IMG/VR virus record: IMGVR_UViG_3300017780_006067
Span: 1 to 26,179 of that record
Strand: one strand, 5' to 3'
From: a virus
Taxonomy: Duplodnaviria > Caudoviricetes
DNA length: 26,179 nucleotides
Both the position numbers and the translations under genes were made by a program. Below are positions 18,162 through 26,102 of the stretch, in pieces. How positions within the stretch are numbered: position 1 is the first letter of the stretch; every line of letters begins with the position of its first letter. The notes below the pieces were generated by a model. That model was not told the origin of the DNA. It did not search any database and saw nothing but the letters and a program-made list of their open reading frames with translations.

Positions 18162-18700
18162 TGATGAAAGTATTAGTTAAAGAATCCCAATTAAGGAGAA
18201 TATTTGAAATTGTCACAAAAGATAAAGTAATTTGTGACGAGTGTGGTTGGTCATGGGATTTAGCCGATGGTGGTGACGACCCTTACATTTGTCATAAGTG
18301 TGGTCACAATAATTCTGAAGAAAATTATATTGGAAAAAGAGTTATGGTTTATTATAACCTTCACAAACATACATTTTCAGTGACATATAAATCTAAAGTG
18401 ATAATACACGCTGATTATGTTAAATTAGGGGATGTTGAGTTTAGAGTTAGAAAAGGTGGAAGAGAAAAAGTAGTTAGAGAAAAAAGTAAAAATGTTCACT
18501 CATTTGTGATTGGAACATTAATAGATTATTGTGTATACCCTTGCGAAAACTTACCAAGTGAACCAAATAGTAATATAGTAACCTATAACCCATACAAGTA
18601 TAATTCATTTGTTATGAAAGACACAGAAGAACCAATATATTATACTGATGAAGTGGAAATGATAAATTTAAAAAATAAAATATTTATAGCAGAAAAATGA
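18161..18700 (+). CDS. Hypothetical protein: KESQL leader, C4 zinc ribbon and conserved phage domain
   Basis: CDECGW..CHKCG, then YYNLHK..FSV, GREKVVREKSKNVHSFV.G and VTYNPYK. Confidence 0.8.
   Translation: MMKVLVKESQLRRIFEIVTKDKVICDECGWSWDLADGGDDPYICHKCGHNNSEENYIGKRVMVYYNLHKHTFSVTYKSKVIIHADYVKLGDVEFRVRKGGREKVVREKSKNVHSFVIGTLIDYCVYPCENLPSEPNSNIVTYNPYKYNSFVMKDTEEPIYYTDEVEMINLKNKIFIAEK
18681..18687 (+). promoter_or_regulatory. TATTTAT putative late promoter inside the upstream gene's 3' end
   Basis: aaaaTATTTATagc, 9 nt before ATG 18697. Confidence 0.4.
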
Positions 18701-20502
18701 AATTATTAAAATTACTCAATAAAAACATATTGAATGAGGTTTCTGAAAAAGTAAAAAACCAATTATATTCAAAATTTAAAGACAATACTTCTGATAGTCG
18801 TGAAATGGTTATGTCTAATATTGACTTATTTGACCGATATAAAGAAAGTTTACCTTCGGATAAAAGAGATATTACAAAATATTCATATAATGACTTAAAA
18901 TCTTTTGTGGATTCAAAACAAAGTGTTAAAACAATATCTGATATATTCAAACAATTTAAGAAAAAAGAAAAGGGGATTGAAAATAATGCATTGACCAAAT
19001 ACATTAAAAAGTTTTTAGAAATTAAATCTGAGATTCCAAAAGAGTTTCAAGATATTAATAAGTTAACTTATTTACAATTAGTTAAATTAATTGATAAGGG
19101 TTACTATCAATTATTAAATAAAAAAATGATTGAAAAGTTTTCAATAGAAAACCCTAATTTAACCAAAGAACAAATAATTTTTTATCTTAATAATTACAAT
19201 GAAAATTTTGATTTAATACCATTTGAAACTAAAGGAATTGATAAAATGTCTTTTTCTGAATTGGAACATTTATTAGATGGGTTAGAAGGTAAAAAAGAAT
19301 CAAATGGTAATGATAAACAAGATGTTGAAGATATTGATTTAAAATACGACCAAAACAACTTAAAAATATTTGCACCAAAAACTAAAGACCAATGTATTCG
19401 TTTGAAGAATGGTAGAGGTTGGTGTACGAGTCGTGAAGGTAGTGGAAATATGTATTACAACTATAGACTAGGTAGTGAAAGAACACTTTATTATGTAATT
19501 GATGAAGACAAAAGTTTTGACGATTTAAACTTTGCAACCGTAATTCTTGTTGACCCTAACGGAAGAAAATCAATGGCAGATAAATCTAACTCGGGAAAAT
19601 ACGGTGGTAGTACAAATTTACCTTGGGATGAAATTGTTTCAAAAGTACCAAAACTTGAAGGGTTAGAAGATATTTTTAAACCTGAACCTTTAACACAAGA
19701 AGAGAGAGAGTTAATTAATATTGTTAAAAATGTTAGAGTTGGTAATAATCCAATGGAATCTTTTGAAAATACACAACAAGTAGAAATGTGGTTAGAATAT
19801 AATAGCCCTAATTTATCTGATGTTCAGTATTCTAATTTAACACCAAATTTAAAGAAAAAATATATTGCGTTAGGGATGAATTTATCTACAGTAATGATTA
19901 ATTCATCAGAACCCGAAGTATTAAAATATTATATTACGAAAAAAATTGATATAATTAAAGGTAGTGAAATTAGTAGACTATCAGGAGAGGATATTGCATT
20001 ACTAAACACTCCAATGTTGAAAAAAGTAAAAGAAGAATTAAAACCTAAATTTGCGTCTTCCGTAACATCAAATAGTGGTGAAAAATTAGTTATTGATAGT
20101 TTCACTAATGGACCTATTGGTAAATTTATAGGACTTTATGGGTTAGAGGATTTATTTAAGTCTTTACCTTCAAATTTAAAAGAGTTTCAAATCCAAAATA
20201 AGGATGACAAGAATAATATAATTATTACCATCCCTGAAGACATTGGAAGATTCAAAGATTTGAATATGATTATGTTGGATAATTGTGTTACCGGTATTCC
20301 GGATTCTGTTTGTACTTTACCTAAATTAAAATTTTTAGCGTTAATTAATAATAGACAACTTGAATCAGTTCCTGAGTGTGTTTCAAACATTCCAACATTA
20401 TTATTCCTTAATTTGAAAGGTAGTCCAAATGTTGAAGTACCTCAATCAATTAGAGAAAAAGGAACCGACATGGGAGGTGGTATGTGGGATTTACAAGACT
20501 AA
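18697..20502 (+). CDS. Multidomain protein: three helical repeats, a GxGWCT domain and C-terminal leucine-rich repeats
   Basis: DITKYSYNDL / DINKLTYLQL / GIDKMSFSEL repeats; NGRGWCTS..LYYVID; LRRs IPEDIGRFKDLNMIML, IPDSVCTLPKLKFLAL, VPECVSNIPTLLFLNL. Confidence 0.8.
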   Translation: MKLLKLLNKNILNEVSEKVKNQLYSKFKDNTSDSREMVMSNIDLFDRYKESLPSDKRDITKYSYNDLKSFVDSKQSVKTISDIFKQFKKKEKGIENNALTKYIKKFLEIKSEIPKEFQDINKLTYLQLVKLIDKGYYQLLNKKMIEKFSIENPNLTKEQIIFYLNNYNENFDLIPFETKGIDKMSFSELEHLLDGLEGKKESNGNDKQDVEDIDLKYDQNNLKIFAPKTKDQCIRLKNGRGWCTSREGSGNMYYNYRLGSERTLYYVIDEDKSFDDLNFATVILVDPNGRKSMADKSNSGKYGGSTNLPWDEIVSKVPKLEGLEDIFKPEPLTQEERELINIVKNVRVGNNPMESFENTQQVEMWLEYNSPNLSDVQYSNLTPNLKKKYIALGMNLSTVMINSSEPEVLKYYITKKIDIIKGSEISRLSGEDIALLNTPMLKKVKEELKPKFASSVTSNSGEKLVIDSFTNGPIGKFIGLYGLEDLFKSLPSNLKEFQIQNKDDKNNIIITIPEDIGRFKDLNMIMLDNCVTGIPDSVCTLPKLKFLALINNRQLESVPECVSNIPTLLFLNLKGSPNVEVPQSIREKGTDMGGGMWDLQD

Positions 20503-20521
20503 TTATAAAAAAATATTTAAT

Positions 20522-21562
20522 ATGCCATTACCAAAGAAAGTTATACCAACATTACCATTAGTTCCACACAAGACATTGTCTGCTCGTAGGGAACAACTAT
20601 TGGAATATATCAACAAAGACGGAACTTATTTACCTAAGTCGGTATTACACGCCGATTTAGATAGAGGAATGTTAGATTTTGTTAAAACTGATTTAGAGGT
20701 TGTTACCGCAGGAAAAGTGGTTCCAATGGTGGATATCATTATCACAACACAAAACTGGGCTCAATATGTTGAGACTGCGTTATTTGTTGATTTAGATTAT
20801 AACCCATCCCCGCCCTTCATCACAGTAGTAAGAAGTCCCGAGGTTAAATTTGGTACCAATCCATCATTACAATATACGATTCCGGATAGAAAACAATTTT
20901 ATTATGCATCGGTTCCGACTTGGAATGGAAATGTTCAAGGTATGGACATTTACACAATTCCTCAACCGGTTCCTGTAGATATTAATTACAGTGTGAAGAT
21001 AATTTGTAATCGTATGAGAGAACTTAATCAGTTGAATAAAGTGATTATGCAAAAATTCTCCTCAAAACAAGCTTACACTTTTATCAAAGGACAATATGTT
21101 CCGATTGTAATGAATAATGTTTCTGATGAATCTCAAATGACAATGGAGGCTAGAAAGTATTATGTTCAAAGTTATGACTTCACCATGTTAGGTTATTTGA
21201 TTGATGAAGAAGAATTTGAAGTTAAGCCAGCAATTGCAAGAGTAACACAACTTATGGAATTAACCGGAACAGTAAATGGTAGAAAAAGAGACAAATACCC
21301 TAAGAATTCTAATGAATTTTTAGAGAATTATTTATTCATCATTGGAAACAATACTTTAACCGATATTGTTTCATATACTGCTAATCTTTCTTTCAGAACT
21401 TGGTCGAATGTTGACTCATACGATGTTTACATCAATGAAGATTTTTATGGTACTGATGTCCAAAATATCCAAATAACAACTAACGATATTTTAAGAATCG
21501 ATGTTGTTAAAACTGACAACACTTTGGAGTCTACTATTCAGTTTGAAAGTGTATTAGTTTAA
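20522..21562 (+). CDS. gp15: Tail terminator / sheath stabilizer, T4 gp15-like (start revised from 20429 to 20522)
   Basis: PVPVDINYSVKIICNRMRELNQLNKVIMQKF resembles the gp15 PVP..Y.L.I....D..QI.EQI core. ATG 20522 avoids a 74-nt overlap with the LRR gene. Confidence 0.65.
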   Translation: MPLPKKVIPTLPLVPHKTLSARREQLLEYINKDGTYLPKSVLHADLDRGMLDFVKTDLEVVTAGKVVPMVDIIITTQNWAQYVETALFVDLDYNPSPPFITVVRSPEVKFGTNPSLQYTIPDRKQFYYASVPTWNGNVQGMDIYTIPQPVPVDINYSVKIICNRMRELNQLNKVIMQKFSSKQAYTFIKGQYVPIVMNNVSDESQMTMEARKYYVQSYDFTMLGYLIDEEEFEVKPAIARVTQLMELTGTVNGRKRDKYPKNSNEFLENYLFIIGNNTLTDIVSYTANLSFRTWSNVDSYDVYINEDFYGTDVQNIQITTNDILRIDVVKTDNTLESTIQFESVLV

Positions 21563-21720
21563 TCCTCTCCGTAGATATCTTTCTTCTCTTTACAGGTTTC
21601 TGTAATTAATTTTTCTAAAAACTTATAAATTTTCAATCCTCGTTTTTCACAGTACTTTTTAAGTATCTCGTGGACGGCGGGGTCTATTTTAATGTTCTTG
21701 ATTTCTTTTGTCTGTTTCAT
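21559..21720 (-). CDS. 53-aa ribbon-helix-helix DNA-binding protein (not in the ORF track)
   Basis: Hand translation MKQTKEIKNIKIDPAVHEILKKYCEKRGLKIYKFLEKLITETCKEKKDIYGED*: alternating beta strand (KNIKID), helix, G turn, helix. Its stop overlaps the gp15-like stop. Confidence 0.8.
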   Translation of the reverse strand: MKQTKEIKNIKIDPAVHEILKKYCEKRGLKIYKFLEKLITETCKEKKDIYGED

Positions 21721-21739
21721 AGGTAGAAAAAAGGTAGAA
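21721..21739. promoter_or_regulatory. AGGTAGAA direct repeat (11-bp period), candidate RHH operator
   Basis: Copies at 21721-21728 and 21732-21739, abutting the RHH start codon. Confidence 0.45.
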
Positions 21740-21787
21740 TTTATTCATACTCTTTACAAATAGATATTCAAAAGTAAAGTTTTTTGA

Positions 21788-21832
21788 TATTCTATTGAAT
21801 ATTTATCTATAAAATAAATCTACAATAGAATA
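21788..21832 (+). promoter_or_regulatory. TATTTAT putative late promoter (21800-21806) inside a 10-bp perfect inverted repeat upstream of the sheath gene
   Basis: TATTCTATTG (21788-21797) ... CAATAGAATA (21823-21832), with inner ATTTAT/ATAAAT arms. Confidence 0.55.
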
Positions 21833-21840
21833 ATTAAATA

Positions 21841-24800
21841 ATGGCAACAGCACAAGCAAATCAAAAAGTTTTCGTTTCACCGGGAGTATACACTTCAGAA
21901 ACTGACTTATCATTCGTAGCACAAAGTGTAGGTGTTACTACCTTAGGTTTAGTTGGTGAGACTTTAAAAGGTCCTGCTTTCGAACCGGTATTTATAACAA
22001 ACTATGACGAATTCCAAGCCTTTTTTGGAGGAACAGAACCAACCAAATTTGTTAATACACAAATCCCTAAATATGAATCAGCATATATTGCCAAATCTTA
22101 CTTACAACAATCAAATCAATTGTTTGTTACAAGAATCTTAGGTTTATCAGGATATGACGCAGGACCATCTTGGAGTATTAGAGTTACTGCAAATGTTGAC
22201 CCAACAACTATTAATCAAAACCCAACCGGAGCTACTGCTTGGTCAGTATCATTTACTGGTTCAATCAGCGCAGGAACTGTTAATTTTATTAGTGGGGCAT
22301 TCCCATCTGCAGTTCAAGCAGATTTCTTTAATCAATATAGACTTTCTGATGGAAGTACATCAACATATGATGATGACATAACTAATACTATATTAACATT
22401 AGTAGGTAACCCAACATTGTCCGCAACAACGGCAATTGCTTATGGTTCAATACCTGAAAGTGATTATTGGACTTTAGTAAATCAATATGGTACTGTTGTA
22501 AATTCATATGGTGTTGATAATCTTGACTTAGCGGATAATGATTTATCTGCTGGACAAAATGATTCATGGTTCTATGCGAATTTTGATAATTATACAGAAA
22601 ACTCTTATTCAGGTTATTCATTTGACTATGTGTTTAATTCAATTACAACTGGAGTAACCGATAGTTTTTCAGGAACTATATCGGGAGATTACTATAGTTT
22701 TACCGGAACTGCTTATACTGAATATAACAACATGGTTGTTGCAACACTTCGTTCAAGAGGTATTTCATTATATGTTAATACCTCAACTAGTGATAATCAC
22801 GGACCTGTTTATGAAGTAAGTGGATTAACGGATGTTACATTATTATCTACTGACCAATATGTTGAAATTGACAAAAACCCATACGCATCATTTGGATTAT
22901 CAGGTGTTACTAAAGATGGTGATAATTTCACTTTTGAGACTAACTTATCAGCATCGTCTTCAAAATTCATTAATAAAGTATTAGGTGTTGATAATTTTGG
23001 GAAATCAAGAAATGAAGTTCCTTTATTTGTTGAAGAAATTTATCCGGGTTCATTAGCTTTCGCTTATAATCAAGGTTATATTAGAGGTATCAATCCTGAA
23101 TTAGTTGCATTACCGGGTGCTAGAAGTGAAGACCCTTCATCAATAGCATATAATGTAGGACAATATCAATCACCAAGTACACCATTCTTAGTTTCAGAAT
23201 TAAGAGGTAATAAAGTTTATAAATTATTTAAATTCGTTTCAATCTCTGATGGAGATTCCGCGAATTTAGAAGTTAAAGTGTCAATTGCGAATTTATCATT
23301 TAATAATATGACCTTTGATGTATTAGTAAGAAATTTCTTTGATTCGGATTCTAATCCTGTTGTTATTGAGAAATTTACTAACTGTAATATGGACCCTAAC
23401 TCTAATAACTTCGTAGCTAAGAAACTTGGTACAACTAATGGAGAATACGCATTACTTTCAAAATATGTAATGATTGAAATGGCTGATGAGGCACCAATCG
23501 ATGCAATTCCTTGTGGATTTGAAGGGTATACACAACGAGAGTATGACACAGTTTTAAACCCATCTCCGGTTCCAAAATTCAAAACAAAATATTTCTTCCC
23601 TGGTGAAACTATTGCTAATCCACCATTTGGAGCGGCAACAGGTGGTTCAAACCTTGTTGAGTCTCCGGGAGATATTGTTAGAAGAACTTATTTAGGTTTC
23701 TCAACACAATATGGTATTGATGAGTCATTCTTAAGTTATAAAGGTAGACAAACTCCACAAGCTTGGGTTGTTGCACCTCAACCAATTGAAGGGGATACTT
23801 GGAATTATGTAAGTAAAGGTTTCCACATGGACTCAGGTGCTACAGTTGTTACAATTACCAATAGTTCATTAACAAGTGGTCAAACAGCGTTTGAATGTGG
23901 TACTGCAGAATTTAGAGCGGACCCTGAAACTCAAGAAAATCCTTACTACTTCATTTACTCAAGAAAATATACTATATGTTTTGCTGGCGGATTTGACGGA
24001 TGGGATATCTATAGAGAGTTTAGAACAAATCAAGATAGATTCCAATTAGGTCAATCAGGATTCTTGGCAGGAGCATCGTCTTCTACGAGATACCCTAACG
24101 CTACCGGTAGTGGTTTATTTAAAAGAATTACAGTTGCTAACAACACTCAAGATTTTGCAAATACTGACTATTACGCTTACTTACTTGGTATTTTAACATT
24201 TAGTAATCCTGAGGCAACAAACATTAACGTGTTTGCAACTTCAAGTATTGACTACAATAATAACTCAAATCTTGTTGAAGAAGCAATTGATATGATTCAA
24301 TTCCAAAGAGCTGACTCGGTTTATATTACAACAACACCTGATTATAATATGTACACTCCGGATTCAACAAATCCTCAAGACATAATTTATTCTCAAGAGG
24401 CAGTTGATAACTTAGACAATACAGGAATTGACTCTAACTATACTGCGACCTACTACCCTTGGATTTTAACAAGAGATACTGTTAATAACACACAAATTTA
24501 TTTACCTGCAACAGGTGAAGTTTGTAGAAACTTAGCGTTAACAGATAACATTGCGTTCCCATGGTTCGCATCTGCGGGTTACACAAGAGGTCTTGTAAAC
24601 TCAATTAAGGCAAGAGTTAAGTTGACTCAAGAAGATAGAGATACACTTTACCAAGGTAGAATTAACCCTATTGCAACTTTCTCTGATGTAGGTACTGTTA
24701 TTTGGGGTAATAAAACATTACAAATTGCTGATACAGCACTTAATAGATTGAATGTAAGAAGATTATTACTTCAAGCTCGTAAGTTAATTTCAGCGGTGGC

Positions 24801-25053
24801 AGTGAGGTTATTGTTTGAACAAAACGACCAGATTGTTAGACAACAATTCTTGGATAGTGTTAATCCAATATTAGACTCAATTAGAAGAGACCGAGGTTTA
24901 TATGATTTCCGTGTAACTGTTTCATCTTCACCTGAAGATTTAGATAGAAATACTTTAACAGGTAAAATTTACTTGAAACCGACGAAAGCATTAGAGTTCA
25001 TAGATATTGAGTTCTTCATTACTCCAACAGGAGCTTCGTTCGAGAATATTTAA
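21841..25053 (+). CDS. gp18: Contractile tail sheath protein
   Basis: N-terminal FVSPGVYTSETDLS..GLVGETLKGPAFEP; C-terminal YYPW, PWFASAGYTRG, LYQGRINPI, WGNKTLQ, RLNVRRLL, LLFEQND, IYLKPTKALEFIDIEF. Confidence 0.95.
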   Translation: MATAQANQKVFVSPGVYTSETDLSFVAQSVGVTTLGLVGETLKGPAFEPVFITNYDEFQAFFGGTEPTKFVNTQIPKYESAYIAKSYLQQSNQLFVTRILGLSGYDAGPSWSIRVTANVDPTTINQNPTGATAWSVSFTGSISAGTVNFISGAFPSAVQADFFNQYRLSDGSTSTYDDDITNTILTLVGNPTLSATTAIAYGSIPESDYWTLVNQYGTVVNSYGVDNLDLADNDLSAGQNDSWFYANFDNYTENSYSGYSFDYVFNSITTGVTDSFSGTISGDYYSFTGTAYTEYNNMVVATLRSRGISLYVNTSTSDNHGPVYEVSGLTDVTLLSTDQYVEIDKNPYASFGLSGVTKDGDNFTFETNLSASSSKFINKVLGVDNFGKSRNEVPLFVEEIYPGSLAFAYNQGYIRGINPELVALPGARSEDPSSIAYNVGQYQSPSTPFLVSELRGNKVYKLFKFVSISDGDSANLEVKVSIANLSFNNMTFDVLVRNFFDSDSNPVVIEKFTNCNMDPNSNNFVAKKLGTTNGEYALLSKYVMIEMADEAPIDAIPCGFEGYTQREYDTVLNPSPVPKFKTKYFFPGETIANPPFGAATGGSNLVESPGDIVRRTYLGFSTQYGIDESFLSYKGRQTPQAWVVAPQPIEGDTWNYVSKGFHMDSGATVVTITNSSLTSGQTAFECGTAEFRADPETQENPYYFIYSRKYTICFAGGFDGWDIYREFRTNQDRFQLGQSGFLAGASSSTRYPNATGSGLFKRITVANNTQDFANTDYYAYLLGILTFSNPEATNINVFATSSIDYNNNSNLVEEAIDMIQFQRADSVYITTTPDYNMYTPDSTNPQDIIYSQEAVDNLDNTGIDSNYTATYYPWILTRDTVNNTQIYLPATGEVCRNLALTDNIAFPWFASAGYTRGLVNSIKARVKLTQEDRDTLYQGRINPIATFSDVGTVIWGNKTLQIADTALNRLNVRRLLLQARKLISAVAVRLLFEQNDQIVRQQFLDSVNPILDSIRRDRGLYDFRVTVSSSPEDLDRNTLTGKIYLKPTKALEFIDIEFFITPTGASFENI

Positions 25054-25063
25054 TAAAAACCAT

Positions 25064-25088
25064 AAGTGGGGACTCGTCCCCACTTTTT
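25064..25088 (+). terminator. Rho-independent terminator after the sheath gene
   Basis: AAGTGGGGA-CTCG-TCCCCACTT followed by TTT. Confidence 0.85.
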
Positions 25089-25096
25089 AGCCGATT

Positions 25097-25927
25097 ATGA
25101 AAAAAAATACATTAAAAGAAGGGATTAGTGAACAGGGCACTCCTGATATGAAATATTATGCTTTCGATTGGGATGATAATATTGTTCATATGCCAACCAA
25201 GATTATGGTTAAAACTGAGGACGGTGACGAAATTGGGATGGGCACTGATGATTTTGCTGAGTATAGACATCAAATAGGTAAAGAACCTCTTGAATACAAT
25301 GGAGAGACTATTGTAGGATATGGAGACGAACCTTTTAAAAACTTCCAAACACCGGGAGATAAAAAATTTATAATTGATGCAATGAGAGCTAAAGTTGGAC
25401 CGGCGTTTGACGACTTTAGAGAGGCTATAAACGAAGGTTCTATCTTTTCCATCATAACTGCTCGTGGACACAATCCTAATACCTTAAAACAAGCCGTATA
25501 CAATTATATCATAGAAGGATTCAATGGGATTGACAAAGATGAGTTAATTAAGAATCTCAAAAAATATAGAAGTATTTCCGGTGATGATGAAATGGCTGAT
25601 GACGAATTAATTAAAACTTATTTGGATATGTGTAAGTTCCATCCAGTGTCTTATAATGACCCTGAAGGTGCTTTAAATCCTGAAGAAGCTAAAGTTCGTG
25701 CAATGGATAAATTTGTAGATTACATTAAAGAATTGTCGTCTAATTTAAATAAAAGGGTTTTTCTGAAAAAAGATGTAAGTAATAATTTTATTCCATCAAA
25801 ACCAACAATTGGATTTTCTGATGATGATATTCGGAATGTGGAAGTTATGAAAAAACACTTCAAAGATAAGCCTGATAATATTGTTAAAACTTATTCAACA
25901 GCAGGAGGAATAAAAAAAGAATATTAA
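25097..25927 (+). CDS. HAD-superfamily phosphatase-like protein
   Basis: Motif I YAFDWDDNI, motif II IITARGH, motif III K, motif IV GFSDDD. Confidence 0.75.
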   Translation: MKKNTLKEGISEQGTPDMKYYAFDWDDNIVHMPTKIMVKTEDGDEIGMGTDDFAEYRHQIGKEPLEYNGETIVGYGDEPFKNFQTPGDKKFIIDAMRAKVGPAFDDFREAINEGSIFSIITARGHNPNTLKQAVYNYIIEGFNGIDKDELIKNLKKYRSISGDDEMADDELIKTYLDMCKFHPVSYNDPEGALNPEEAKVRAMDKFVDYIKELSSNLNKRVFLKKDVSNNFIPSKPTIGFSDDDIRNVEVMKKHFKDKPDNIVKTYSTAGGIKKEY

Positions 25928-25999
25928 CTAGTTATAAAGAACTAGTATTAAATAATTAATTAAAAACTAGTTAAAATAACTAGAATTAAATAAACTAGT
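25926..25999. repeat. Five AACTAG(T) repeats in an extremely AT-rich intergenic tract
   Basis: Copies start at 25926, 25940, 25965, 25978 and 25993. Confidence 0.8.
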
Positions 26000-26061
26000 C
26001 TGGATTATAATGATAAATAATTAAATTCAGAAAGTCAATAAAAATATTTCCCAAAAGGATA

Positions 26062-26068
26062 TATTTAT
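26062..26068 (+). promoter_or_regulatory. TATTTAT putative late promoter of the tail tube gene
   Basis: GATATATTTAT, 34 nt before the ATG, the same distance as for the sheath gene. Confidence 0.55.
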
Positions 26069-26102
26069 GATAATAAACAAAGAAAAACTAATTTAAAATA
26101 AT

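Noticed and set aside
17221-18282. Repeats as a CRISPR array or DGR template/variable repeat pair
   Set aside because: Only two copies of each segment, no repeat-spacer periodicity, mismatches are synonymous rather than adenine-specific, and there is no cas or reverse transcriptase gene in the window.
1552-25503. Short alternative-frame or antisense ORFs in the track (e.g. 1552, 1573, 3208, 8502, 9628, 14121, 14529, 16330, 16600, 18684, 20187, 20867, 22154, 22388, 23217, 25112, 25270)
   Set aside because: All lie within or largely overlap longer motif-bearing genes and have no independent support.
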